The position numbers and the translations under genes were made by a program. Below, one piece after another: positions 48,620-61,225 of a stretch of 64,000 nucleotides of DNA. The notes beneath the pieces were generated by a model. That model saw nothing but the letters and a program-made list of their open reading frames with translations. It did no database searches and had not been told where the DNA came from. The first letter of the stretch is position 1; each line of letters opens with the position of its first letter. This stretch comes from Vicugna vicugna (Eukaryota): NCBI GenBank assembly GCA_013265495.1, contig MU061578.1, positions 1,187,308 to 1,251,307 on the forward strand, in the 5' to 3' direction.

Positions 48620-48870
48620 AACATTGATACAGAAAAGGACACTGATTTTTTAAATGTGGTAAAAATGTACTTAACAAGTTTTACAGTTTTAGCCATTTTT
48701 AAGTGCACTGTTGAGCTGCCTTAAGTACGTTCACATGTTTGTTGTGCAAACATCATCACAATCCATCCACGGAATTTTTCATCTTGCAAAACTGAGGCTC
48801 TGCAGCCTTAAACAGTAAGCCTCCACACTCTGCTCCTTCCAGCCCCTGCCAATCACCATCCCATAAAGTG
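48620..48870 (-). mobile_element. L1MB-like 3' end
   Basis: tgtggtaaaaatgtac..ccatttttaagtg..ttaagtacgttcaca..ttgtgcaaacatcatcacaatcca..tttcatcttgcaaaactga. Confidence 0.85.
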
Positions 48871-49489
48871 CACTGATGTTAAGTGTCATGCACACAACAC
48901 GCGCACACACACAGGCACACACACCCCTGCGTAGCCACCACCCACATCAAGAGTTTGAACATATCAGGCTCCCCAGGCGTCTCCTCCTGCCGAACTTGGC
49001 GATGTTTATTTTTCTCTCTCATCTCCCCGGTTCTCTCTCCATCATTTTGCAAAAGCCTTTATGAGGTACTTATTCATGATGGCATTTTATTTTTCTTTAT
49101 ACAGAGGGAGAGAAACAGCGAGCGACACCGCTTCCACATCCTCCAAGAATTTACAACCTGACTTTGACAAGGAAGGGCTTTAACTGGCTGAATCTCTCCT
49201 TCTGTGCCTTGGGCTGGTGCTACCGGACGAAATGCAGGGTTTCCAACTATAAAATCAGCTCTGCCATGCAGAACGTCCCACAGGAAGTGGATGCATGTTG
49301 TTTTCATTGTACCCACCCGGTGTCCGCCCCTACATTTGTTTTAGGAAAGTACTTGGGTCTTACCTGTGCATGGCCCACTCAGGGCTGAGCCAGATGCAGG
49401 AGTGGACAAGTGATACTGGACTTTGCCAATGAACAAGGCAACCCATGGGCATGGGGGTTGGTGAAGAGATGGGAAGGGGAGTCCGCAAA

Positions 49490-49700
49490 TCTGTTTTGGT
49501 CCTACATCTGAACTGTACAATCTTGAGTGTGTGAGAGAATCTTGCTGGCCATCACTGATAAAATGGGGAAGATAATCTTCACATGGCAGAACTGTGCTAA
49601 GACTTAATGAGACAACAAAAGTAAAATCATGAGAATGATGCATAGCATCGTGTAAGCGCCCAATAAACAGCATGCGTTAGTATTAATGCTACCATAAAAT
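49490..49700 (+). mobile_element. MIR
   Basis: catcactgataaaatggggaagataat..ctaagacttaatgagac..cccaataaa. Confidence 0.65.
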
Positions 49701-50170
49701 TAATCATTATTTTCATTTTTATATTAAAGTGAACTAAAATGCTACCTCGGTAGCCTGTGAGCTCATTGAAGACAAGAATGTTGTCTTTTTATTTCTACAT
49801 TTCTAATGTTTGACACATGATGGACCCTTAGTAAACACACGTTGGGCAGATAAGCAAATGATGCAATCCCGGTTTTAAAAATTTGAGGCTGATCCCATCT
49901 CTTCTGCCTATTTCTCTTCACTTTCTCCATAGATATATTTGTTGGCTATAAATGAAGTACACAATGTTGTGATTTAGAATTCTGATCACTCCTTGTTCCC
50001 TCCATGCTGCTGCCCAAGAAGTGGTCTGAAGCTCTCTGGAACTCAGACAGCCGGGTCCCCAGGCAACTGTGCTTGCTCCCCAAGCACCCATGACAGCTAA
50101 GCAACCCAGGCGGCAGCCGCTGCGACTGCAGCCCCGGGTGGCAGAAATGTACAAGAACATAGAACTCTAC

Positions 50171-50635
50171 TGTGATGGGTTGAGTTGTGTCCGCCTACAA
50201 GATACGTTAAAATCCCAACGCCCAGTGTCTCAGAACGGGACCTCATTTGGAAATAGGATCTTTACAGAGGTCATCTGGTTAGAATGCCATGGTAGAGTGG
50301 GCCCTAATCCAGTAAGACTGGTGTCCTTTTCATAAAGAGAAAATTTGGACACAGAAACAGCCATGTGCAGAGAGAAAGCGACATGAAGACGCAGAGCAAG
50401 AAGACAGCCTTCTGATGGAAGTGGGGCTCCTGCAAGCCAGTGGGAACCAAAGGTTGTGGGGCATACACGAGCGGCCAGGAAGGGCATGGAAAGATTCTCC
50501 CCCAGAAACTTCAAGGGACGACGGCCCTGCCAACACCTTGCTTTCAGATCTAGCTCCAGAACTACGAGACAGCAAGTACCTATTGATCGAGGCCACCCAT
50601 TTTGGGTATTTTGTTAAGGCAGCCCTTTTTATGGG
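50171..50635 (+). mobile_element. MLT1B/C-like solo LTR
   Basis: tgtgatgggttgagttgtgtcc..gacctcatttggaaataggatc..gggccctaatcca..gactggtgtcctt..ggccctgccaacaccttg..ccagaactacgagac..ttgttaaggcagccc. Confidence 0.93.
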
Positions 50636-52857
50636 ATCCAAAGCTTTTTTTTTGTTTTGCTTGTTTGTTTGTTTTTTTTTCACAAGAGTGTCCATGTGGT
50701 TGATTATAAACAGGGAGAAAAAGCCATGTCACAAAGCCAAGCCATACTGAGTTAGGTCATTTCATAAGGTGATTCCTAAACCAAGCTTCCGTGTTACTGT
50801 GAAACGCTGTGTAGTGGACCTGGGGTTCTGTGACAATTCACTGCTCCTTCCCCCTCTTCCTGCAAGAAAACTATGGCTGTTGAAATCCAAAGAGCATGAA
50901 GACGTGAAAGCAGGAACAACAGAATTGCCAGCCTTTTGTGTGAGTCCAAGGGAGGGATGTGAAGTGATATGGGCAGGGAAACCTCAAAAGATGCTTGCCT
51001 ATCTCAGGGGACATGGTGGTGACGTTGCAATGCAGGGACCCAGAGTAACCCTGGCAATACCACAGCCCTTGCGGACATTTTCTCACTACTGGGATTCATG
51101 AGTTGAGCAAATACTTTGGCTCCCTCAGTAAGAGCACAATCTCAAGTTTCATAAAAGGGATGCAAAGTGGCTAATGGACTGGGAGAATTGGGTTGTAGCT
51201 GGAAGCACATTTCAAAAGTACATTTTGTTTATATGAAAACCTCATTTAAGTACCAGTTTAAGGGAAAGCTGCTAACAGGGCAAGTTTAATATGACTAATA
51301 CTCATGCAACCTCAGAACATTCCATATGCACCCACCCAAGAGATACAAATTTTAAAAACACTTTAATGTCACTAATATGGTAAGATGCTACTAATACGAT
51401 ACAAATTATAACAAGAAGACATAAACACGATACTGAGTATTTGCTGAGGAACTCAGTGGCAAATTTGATTCTTATACTAATATGATGACAGGTTGCAAAT
51501 CCATTGAAATCCATTGCACCATTTCTCCATTAGTCCACATTTATGATGTTACAAATGGCAAAGTTATTTACAGATTAGTCATTCTTTGAGACTTTGCAGC
51601 CTTGACGCTAATAAGTGTATTGATTTTGCTGCCTACATGAACCTAAAATTCTCATTTTGTCTTTCTCAAGAAAACTCACGATGTAAAACTCATTACAGTT
51701 TGCAAAACAACATTTACATTGGTCAAACATAGGGCTCACCGATATATTTTGAGGCTATTGATTGGCTGAACAAGGACTAGAGCAATTGCAGTATCATGTG
51801 TGCTTCTGGGAAGCTGCTTGCTTGGAGTATGAATTCCCCCAGAGCTAAAAGTCCATAGGTGTGGAAGAGATTTCTGGGCAGGAAATTGTAGGTGCACCAG
51901 GAGAAGTCTGTGCAAGGAAACCTCTGGGGTCTTATCCACTAAATGGCCCTGCTCCAGGACACCAGACTGATGCCTCCCCCACCCCTTCGACCCACACCTA
52001 TTAATATCACATACTTCCAAAAGGGTTGGGACCATATCTGCTTCGTTTTGATGAATCTCTATGCCTCTTCTCTTCCCTTAATTCTCTCTCTTTGACTTCC
52101 CTTTGATGCTCCCATCAATGAGTCCATCTTCTACCTCTCTCCAGTTTCCATTCCCAGAACTTTGCACAATGTTTTACTGGGGGATGGCTTTATGGGTCTT
52201 AGTCATCTACCCTCACATTGCAGAGAGGAGATGCTGCACACAAACATAGATCTTCTTTCCAAAAGCAGATGCACTTTGTGTATCTTTGCTTTGAGCAGTT
52301 TATTTATAATGTCCTGGGTATGTTATTTATTTGTATTTAGGCTGCCTATATCTTTTCCTATAATCTTGGGATTTACAGGTTGATGTTTTCACTATATTTG
52401 GAAAAATTTTTGTTATTATTTTTTCAAATATTTCTCTGTCCCATTTTCTGTCTCTCGCTTCCATTTAGAACTTCAATTATATGTATTTAAATGTTTGATA
52501 TTTCCCATAGATCGCTAAGGAAACTTTGTTCATTTTTTTTTCAGTATATTTTCTTCTCTCTGTTCCTCAATTCTATTGTCCTATTCTATCTTCAAGTTTA
52601 CTAAGTTCTTTATTCATCATTTTCTAGTCTGCTATTTACATTCAAGATATTATACACCTCAGTTCTAGAATTCAATTTGGTCCCTATTTATAGCTTTCAT
52701 TCCACTCCTGAGATTCCCATCTTTGAACTTACTGTGCTCATCTTTTTCTTTAAATCCTTCAATATGTATAATAGTTATTTTTAGAATAACTTGACTCCTA
52801 ATCTAAACATTTGATCCACCTTGTAGTCATTTTCTATTGACTATGTTTTCTCCTAAT

Positions 52858-53038
52858 CGGTGGCCAGCAAGCATTTTCTTAAAGGGCCAGAAAATAAGTA
52901 TTTTAAGCTTTGTGGACTTTCTGGTCTCTGTTGAAGCTACTCAGCCCTCCCACTGCAGCCAAAGGCAATATGCAAACAAAATGGAAATGGCTGTATTCCA
53001 GGTGGCTATCCCACAGGCTACGGCTTGCCCATCCCTGA
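52858..53038. mobile_element. MER58A-like hAT-Charlie
   Basis: ttttcttaaagggccagaaaataagtattttaagctttgtgg..ctctgttgaagctactcagcc. Confidence 0.8.
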
Positions 53039-53287
53039 CCTAGATAATAGCTCGATTTTTTCTCTTCTACACATGAGTAGTGTAGGTTTTGTTCAATGGT
53101 GGACATTTTAATGGACACATTATGGGGAGTCTGAATTATGTTTACTTCTTTTATCCTACAGTTGAGATTTTTTTCTGGAAGCAAATAATTGGCATATATT
53201 TTACCCCTTCAAGCTCATGTCTTTGATTGATTAGGGAAAGTCTACTTTGGATTTGTCCATGATCCTAAGACATGGCCTTTACTTATA

Positions 53288-53488
53288 GGGCTGGAATTGG
53301 CTAACATTTTTTTTTAAAGGGTCAGATAATGAAAATTTCAGGCTTTGTAGATGACATACAATCTCAGTCCTATTTTCTTATTTTTTTAACCCTTTAAAAA
53401 CATTAAAAAATATTCTTGGACCACGGACTATACAAAAACACTCCACAGGCCATATTTGGCCTGTGAGGCGTAGTAGGCTGACCACTGC
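53288..53488. mobile_element. MER58B/C-like hAT-Charlie
   Basis: taaagggtcagataatgaaaatttcaggctttgtag..tatacaaaaaca..ggccatatttggcctgtgagg..gctgaccactg. Confidence 0.75.
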
Positions 53489-54413
53489 CCTAAGACGTGC
53501 TCTTTACCCCTAGACTGTGATCTTTCAGAAGTCTTGACCCAATGCCTGCAACATCTTGTATCTCCATCCAGGCCTCATCACCACAACTATTCCTCTCTGC
53601 TTGGACCCTTGGAGCCTGGCCCTACATGTACATGGCCTAGCTCTCAGCCAAGGAACCAGGGTATGAGACTTCTGCCCCCTGCACAGCTCTGCCTTCTCTA
53701 GCGTCCTGCTCCATGAATTCCAGCCACCTTGTCATCCCCACTTCTGTTCTCTGTCTCTTTAGCTCAGTGAACTTTCTGTTCTCTAGTTGGGCTCTACTTC
53801 CCTGAAGCCATAGTGGAGACGTCCTCCCCACCCCAGGCGTGGAGCTGGATCGAGTGTGGGTCTCCTCTCACGTGCCTCTGGTCTCTCAAGAATCACCACT
53901 CTATGCTGCCTGGAGTCCAATGCCTAAAAACTTGTATTCTATACATTTTGCCTAGTTTTATGGTTGTTTACATAAGGAATGATTGTTCCATGGCCAAAAT
54001 CAGAGGATCCCCTGATTTTACATTATGATAATCTAATCCTAGGACAGCTCTCTGGGATATAAGGTTATCATTTGGGTAAAATTGTGTATTGGTCTTAACA
54101 CCACTTTCTTTCGCTGCATTAACAATGAAAAGTAATATTCAACTAGTACTTTTCAAACATTTATTTAGTTCCTACTATGTTATAGGCATTAGAGAGCAGA
54201 GCAATAAGCAAGGTGAGTTCTAGGGGATTACATAGAAAGGCAGCAGGAAGGTAGGAAAGAGAGATCACGAATAAGTAAACAGGTAAATAAATTAGATAAT
54301 TATAGTGTATGGGCAAGTGTAAAGAAGACGGTAAGTATGGTGACAAAATAAAGAGTAACAGTAGCATTAATTAAGTTTTGGAAAAGTCATGCTGGCTTAG
54401 AGAAGTGAATGGA

Positions 54414-55060
54414 TGACCCAGGAATCCCGCTGCTGGGCACATGTCCAGAAGGAAGCCTACTTCAAAAAGACACCTGCACCCCAATGTTCATCGCAGCACT
54501 ATTTACAATAGCCAAGACATGGAAACAGCCTAAATGTCCATCCACAGATGACTGGATAAAGAAGACGTGGTATATTTATACAATGGAATACTATTCAGCC
54601 ATAAAAACCAACAATGTAATGCCATTTGCAGCAACATGGATGTCCCTGGAGAATGTCATTCTAAGTGAAGTAAGCCAGAAAGAGAAAGAAAAATACCATA
54701 TGAGATCGCTCATATGTGGAATCTAAAAAAAACAAAAAACAAAAAAACCCATAAATACAAAACAGAAACAGACTTATTGACATAGAATACAAACTTGTGG
54801 TTGCCAAGGGGGAGGGGGATGGGACGGGACAGACTGGGAGTTGAAATTTGCAGATACTGACAGGTATATACAGAATAGATAAACAAGATTATACTGTATA
54901 GCACAGGGAAATATGCACAAGGTCTTGTAGTAGTCATGGTAAAAAAGAATGTGAAAATGAATATATATATGTTCATGTATAACTGAACAATTGTGCTCTA
55001 CACTGGAATTTGACACAACATTGTAAACTGACTATAACTCAATAAAATTAAAAAAAAAAA
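54414..55060 (+). mobile_element. Young 5'-truncated L1 with intact ORF2 C-terminus, 3'UTR, poly(A) and TSD
   Basis: ORF 54409-54726 DPGIPLLG..KDTCTPMFIAALFTIAKTWKQPKCPS..WYIYTMEYYSAIK..PFAATWM..ILSEVSQ..; aataaa plus A tail; TSD gagaagtgaatgga (54400-54413) / gaaaagtgaataga (55061-55074). Confidence 0.97.
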
Positions 55061-55081
55061 GAAAAGTGAATAGAACGTTGA

Positions 55082-55207
55082 ATGATCATAATTAGTTGTC
55101 CAAACCTGAACCTTATTGGGAGGGATGGAAGTACATTCATAATTACACCAGGACAACAGTTGTAACTGGGACTGTTCCAGGCAACCCAAGATATACATTC
55201 TCACCTT
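55082..55207. mobile_element. MER81-like hAT-Blackjack remnant
   Basis: cataattagttgtccaaacc...ccaggacaacag..gtaactgggactgttccaggcaac...tcaccttaa. Confidence 0.6.
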
Positions 55208-55209
55208 AA

Positions 55210-55620
55210 AAGAACTGGAAAGCACGTCAACTTATTTGAAAGCGCTGGGGGGTAATGTGGATAAGAAAGCATGGTAGCCTCAACTTTGCTTGTGAGAATG
55301 GATTTGGAGAGGAATTGACAGACTTGAGATGTTATGGATTACAAATCCAAAGGAGGTTGTAGAAGTGAGGAAAATGCAGGAGTCAAGAGTGACACTTGCG
55401 TCTTCTGGCCTCAGCAAATGAATCTGGGTCTATTACAAGGAGATACAAGAAAGGAGGGAGACCAGACTGATGGATATGTGTGAAGAGGAGAGGTGGTAAG
55501 TGTAAACCTGGATGTACTGAGACTTGGGTATATTTCAGCTTAATATATTAAGCTGAACTAAACTGAAATAAAAGTAGTCTTCTGGGTAATACAACTTAGC
55601 ACTCAGGCAAGATTCCAAAG
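55210..55620 (-). mobile_element. L2 fragment, continuing the L2 at about 54155-54400
   Basis: ggagtcaagagtgacac..tctggcctcagcaaatgaa; the left part starts caaacatttatttagttcctactatg. Confidence 0.6.
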
Positions 55621-57213
55621 TTGGGTGGAAAATACCCTTTGAAAGAAAGATCTGTCCCAGTCTCTGCATCCAAGATGAGTAGTAATGTCCTCTGACCTCT
55701 CATAGTACCTCATTTCATACTCACCAAATGGCATTTTCTTCTGCCTTGCTTTATCATTCCTTATTTCCATTTTTGATACCTTCTAGTAGACCACATAGCC
55801 CTTAAAGGCAAGATGTCTGCCTTTTGGGCAAGATACCCATGCATTTTCCCGGAAAGGTAAGAGAGCTACTTTCCTGGTGGTGTGTAGAGTACATGCTTTA
55901 TCTACTTCCACATGAGCTTTTAGAATCGCCTAATTACTCTACGATGCCCAAGAACCAAGACTTCTCAGGATGGCAGCTTTAAGGTAGCAGCAGAGAAGCT
56001 TAGCTTGTGAAAAACCTACAGTGTGTTTAAACCAAATGGGACTCACTTTTTCTCATGCTTGGGGTGAGATGTGCTCATGAAGGGCTAGCCTGCTGATTAG
56101 GAGTTCACTTCTCTTGATGGCAAACGTAGCCAGAGGGAATCATCTAATAACACGCCACTCTGGGCAAACTGCGTGCACCGAGGATTTTCCAAATTCTGAC
56201 CCGAGTTCTGCTCACGGGTTCATGAACCCTCCCAACCACAGTCTTATCAGCCTTGGTCTTTGTTGGCCTTAATCAACTTGGTGTCTGTACAGCTAGGTTC
56301 TGATTTCCCAACCTGCACCACCTGAGTAGCCGAGGGAAGAAAACAGCTGAATCTCAAATTTTTAGTTTGAAGTAACTTACGGGAAATATTCTGGGTGTGA
56401 TGCTCTTGGCTAATTAGAAAGTTACGTTCCCTAGGGCCATGCTCCCAAATCACTTTATGCAAAGGGAGATGGCCCTGCTTTAGAGTATTTAGGAGCAAAT
56501 AGGCAAAACCAGGTTCCAGGTTAATCAAAACCACTTAAACGTTAACTCAGCTATGTTGAAAACCATCCTATGTTTAATTCAGACACCTATAAAAACATGC
56601 CTTTGGCTTAAATATGTCAAACCATAAATGCAACCAAGAACAAGGGTACATGACCATCGAAAAATAACACTGTAAAAATTGCCCCCCCAAATTTAATCTC
56701 TCAGTTGCTATCAGCAGAATACTCCACGAGTGTTCACATCCGTATACACACGTGCTGCATCTTAGGCAGACAAGCTTCCAGGAATCATGATGCCAAGCTT
56801 TCTATCCGGAAGGTTTCTATATTCTTAACAGCAGCCTGCAAATTAGAAATCATATCGGACCAAATACAAATGTGCAAACTATAGCAGCAAATGCCCCAGC
56901 CTCCTCGCATGCGAGGAAGACGTTGTCTTATCCACATCAAGTGCCCCAGTTACCCTGTCAGCTCAGTGCAAGTTGCCCAGCTGTTGGGAAATGTAACGTG
57001 AATGAAAGATCAAGCTGCAGTTGCTTTAGAATCCACTCAATAATCCAAGACTTCCCTCAAGAATAGCAGTGATGAATTATAAAAGAAAAGAAAGAGAAGG
57101 GGAGGGGCAAAAGAAGGATCATAAGGCCAACATGATGGAACATCTACTTGGAAAACCTTGCCTGATGGAATTGTTAAGCTGTGTTGTCTCTCATTAGGGT
57201 GATGGCACTTTTT

Positions 57214-57700
57214 CTGTACAGGATCCCCAGAAGCAGAGCTGGAGTAAAATTCAAATGCAAAAAGTGCGTTTGAGAGATGATCTGAGGAAATACCAGTAGA
57301 GTAATGGGAAACTAAGACATGGAACGGGAGGAAATCAACAAGGGGGTGTTAACATGCAAGTGACCACTATGGGAAACTGGCATTTAATCCCATTGTGGAA
57401 CTCTGGGAGATGGGGTGGAACACAGCTCCGAGTTAGCCCACCCAACAGGGTGACAAAGCTAGGGCCCTCGTCTGGAAAATCTCTGTGCATACTGAGGTGA
57501 GTGCTTCTTCTGGGCATAGGAAGTCCCTGAAACTCCTGGCTTGCTCTGGGCGTGAGTGGAATGCGTCTCATCGCCAGAAAAGCAGCCCCTATGAAGAGGC
57601 TCATCGATGCTTTCAGTAAGCCATCTTTGGTACTGTGAGAGGAGAGTGACAAGAGGAAATGTTAGGCCTCCAAAGGCATCTGGGTGCAGGCATCCCCAGA
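57214..57700 (-). mobile_element. LTR33-like ERVL solo LTR
   Basis: ccccagaagcagagctggag..ttcaaatgcaa..tttgagagatgatc..aggaaataccagtag..accactatgggaaactgg..aatccca..ggaactctgggag. Confidence 0.75.
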
Positions 57701-58189
57701 AGCCTTTAGAATCATTCACTCACTCATTGATTCATGCATTTTATTCAAAACTTAGGTGATGTAGACAAATGATCCTTGTTTAAATAATGTTTACATTTTC
57801 ATTACCTATTTTATATACTTGGTGAGTAGAAATCAACAGAACAAGCAAATAACAAAACAAATCAAAGGGTCAGTGCTATTAAGACAGACATTCCCTTGAT
57901 ACTTCATTTCCTTCTGTGGGACTTAGATGGGAAAGAAACAAATGCCAAAGGGAGCTGTGAAAGAGGAGGTTCAAAAGGCAGACATGGGCGGATCCTGTGT
58001 CACTGACTCCCTTGGAGGGTGGTTCTGGATGCTCTGCACTCTGACTTTGGAAATTCCAAATGAAAATGGAATTTGAAATGCAATGAAAATGGAGGTGGCT
58101 AATCCCAGACCACAGAGCAAATACATCAGCATGTGAATGCACAAGAGAATTGGTTTGCTTAGAGCAAGGATAGTATATAAATAGTGTTT

Positions 58190-58778
58190 CAGGATTTGGG
58201 GAGCATATGATCTTTGTCCATTGGTGTTAAACCTATGCATGGTATGTTACATGGCAAATGGGATTTTGCAGATGGAATTAAGATTATGGCCTTAATTTAA
58301 ACTAGGGGGATGATCCTGGATTATCTGAGTGGACCTAATGTAATCATGTGAAGCTTTGAAAGCAGAAGAGGAGTCAGTCAGAAAGATGCAATGGAAGAAG
58401 AGGCAGGAGAGATCCAATCCAAGACAGAGATCCACTCCAACAAGAATGGCTTCAAGGACGGAGGAAGGAAGCTATGAGTGAAGGAAACGTGCTGGCCTCC
58501 AGGAGCTGGGACTGGCCTCAGCTCAAAGCCAGCAAGGAAACAGAGATCTCAGTTGCACAGCTGCAGGGAACTGAATTCTGCCAACAGCTAGAATGAGCAA
58601 GGAAACAGATCCTCCCCAGAGTGTCCAGAAGGAACACAGCCCTACCAACATCGTGATTTTAGCCCCGTGAGACCCATGCTGGACTTCCAATGTGAAGAAC
58701 AGTGAGATAATAAATTTGCATTTTGTAAACAACTGATTTTGCCATAATTTGTTAGGACAGCAATAGAAAACAAACACA
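58190..58778 (+). mobile_element. MLT1D-like solo LTR
   Basis: tgttacatggcaaatgggattttgcagatggaattaag..cctggattatctgagtggacctaatgtaatca..gccagcaaggaaacag..gaactgaattctgccaaca..gagataataaattt..ttgttaggacagcaatagaaaac. Confidence 0.92.
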
Positions 58779-59761
58779 AATAGATCTCAACATAAGTAAC
58801 AGCTCTGATCTAATCATTTCGGCTGCCTAGAAGGGTTCTGTTTAGATTAAGCTTTCAAGATCACCTCCTGAGTTCGGTGGAAAGAAGCCCTTGAACAGTT
58901 GGCAGGGACGGTCTCAGAGACATGGAAGGCTGAGGGTGGACACGTGACCTCCACATTCACCATGGCTGGTGGAGATTCTCTGTGTGTTCCTTCAGTTTAA
59001 CTTATTATTACTAGCTTAGAATACTGCTCTGTGTGCTTGTGTTGTCATTGTTGGGGGCATGAAGGGACACTTCATGGCTCTTTGGAAAAGGAAATCCTAC
59101 ATCTTTAGCATAGAAACCACTATATGACCAAACTGTTCTTAGAAAATCAATGATCTGAGTCCAATATCAGTAAGTGGCTGGAGACAGGGGGTTCTGCAAC
59201 CCTAAGTAGCTTGGAAGACAGGTTAGATGACAAATTTTCCTCTTGTTGAGCCAAGCCTTTGCATTTTATTTCCTTCTCTTCATGGACAACTCTGGATAAA
59301 AGCAAAATTTCTAAGTAAGCTTGAGACACTAAAATATGAAAGATTCAAATGCAAATATTCTTCCAAATCCCACTTGCTTGCTCACGTAGATAAGGTTGCA
59401 GACAAGTTACCCTACGAAGGTGGCCTCCCAGGAGTCTGCAGACTCCAGAGATGGAACCATGTACCAGGGCCACGACTCACACAGTCATCTGCTGACCTCC
59501 CTGGCCACATCAGCCAATCAAGGATTTGCTGGGTTCATCTGATGTGTTGGACACTGAGGTAACACAGAAGGAGCCGAGGAGCCTAGGAAAGAACCCTTGC
59601 CCTCTGGGAGAGTACTTTTGTTTCACATCTGATTTTAAATTGCATAGCAACAGGGTACAAAATATTCAATCGAATCTAAGGTACCAAAACTCATCAGAAT
59701 CACCTACAACGTTTTGGGTTTGTTTAGCAGTCATGTCTTGGACCCACGCAAGACACGTGAA

Positions 59762-60150
59762 TGCATCTTCCAGGGCTATCATAACAAAATGCCACGGACT
59801 AGGTGGCTTTAACATCAGAAATTTATTTTTTCACAGTTCTGGAGGCCAGAAAGTCTGAGATCAAGGCGTCAGCCAGTTTGCTTTCTTCTGAGGTCTCTGC
59901 TCTTGACTTGCACGTAGCCGTCTTCTCCCCGTGTCTTCACACAGTCTTTCCTCTGTGTGGGTCTGTGTCCTGATCTCCTCTTTCTTGTAAGAACGCCAGT
60001 CATACTGATTAGGGCCCAACGATATGACCTCGTTTCACCTCAATTACCTCTTTAAAGGCCCTGTATCCAAATATGGTCATGTTCTGAGGTCCTGGGAGTT
60101 AGGACTTCAACGTATGAATTTGGGTGGACATGATACAGCCCATAATAACA
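59762..60150 (-). mobile_element. MLT1A0/B-like solo LTR inserted in a MER5-like element
   Basis: agggctatcataacaaaatgccac..tcacagttctggaggccagaaagtctgagatcaagg..taggacttcaacgtatgaatttt..cagcccata. Confidence 0.92.
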
Positions 60151-60884
60151 TGATAATCCAGTATCTCTAGGGTGAGGCTAGGACATCACAATGTTTTACC
60201 AACTAAGTTTGAGAAAAATAGCACTTTTAATAGGTGGCCTTTGGGGTGTACTCTGAGAAGTATGAACTAATTGATATATGGTGACCTCATACTGCCCCTC
60301 CTGTATCTGCAGGGATGTGGGTGGCTCCTTGTGACTGAAAGGGAGGTTATCTCACTCATGCAGAGAAGGAAAGGGCTCTCACATGCCCCGCAGGCTCTCA
60401 CATGCCCTGCAGGCTCATGGTGACTCAACCAAATGAGCAAATGTAGGTGAAACATCTAGCCCTGTCTACGACAGAAACCAAGAGCTTCTTTCCCCTGGTC
60501 TGCCAGTAGCAAAATGTAGGGCCAATCCTTAGAGGCATCAGGGAAACATTTTGAAAATGATACGAGAGCTGGCTTTTAGCAAACCTTTCACCAAACTCTT
60601 GGCTCTGCATTTCTCCCAAGTTTAGCCTATTTCCCAAGTGTATCAGGAAGGATTCTTTGATCACAGGCAGAAGGAATGAGATCTGACTAACTTCAGCAGA
60701 AAAAGAGATCATTGGAAGGCTATGAGACCGCTCAGGGAGGGCTGGGTAACCAGCTTAAATATATAAAAAGAGGAATGGGGGTAGATAGATGTGGAAGTCT
60801 ACCCTAGGAACCATCTCCTCACCCAGCCTTCCCAACTCGTTACTGTATTTGCCCCCTACTGTGTATCACCGCATTCAACATGTG

Positions 60885-61225
60885 CTGTTGTTTGATAGAG
60901 TGTGCTGCCCTCCCCTGCAAATTCATACACTGAAATCCTAATGGCCAGTGTGATGGTATTGGGAGGTGGGGCCTTTGGAAGGTGATGAGGTCATGAGGGT
61001 GGAGCCCCCATGAATGGAATTAGTGCCTTTATAACAGAGACCCCAGAGAGCTCCCTTGCTCCCTCCAATATGTGGGGAGATGATGAGACGTCTGTTCCTC
61101 ACCAAACATGCTGGCACCCTGACCTTGCACATCCAGCCTCCAGAACTGTGAGAAGTACGTTTCTGTGTGTTGATAAGCCACCCAGGCTGTCGTGTTTTGT
61201 TACAGCAGCCTGCGTGGACTAAGAC
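60885..61225 (+). mobile_element. MLT1A-like solo LTR nested in an older minus-strand MLT1 (about 60610-60880 and 61226-61410)
   Basis: aaattcatacactgaaatccta..gtgatggtattgggaggtggggccttt..catgagggtggagccc..ccagcctccagaactgtgaga..ttgttacagcagcc..gactaagac. Confidence 0.92.

Larger units (their letters stand above)
52300..54010 (-). mobile_element. Ancient L1ME 5'/ORF1-region fragment with two nested MER58-type insertions
   Basis: ttattattttttcaaatattt..atcttcaagtttacta..tcagttctagaatt..tgctgcctggagtccaatgcctaaaaac..attttgcctagtttt..catggccaaaatcagag. Confidence 0.75.
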
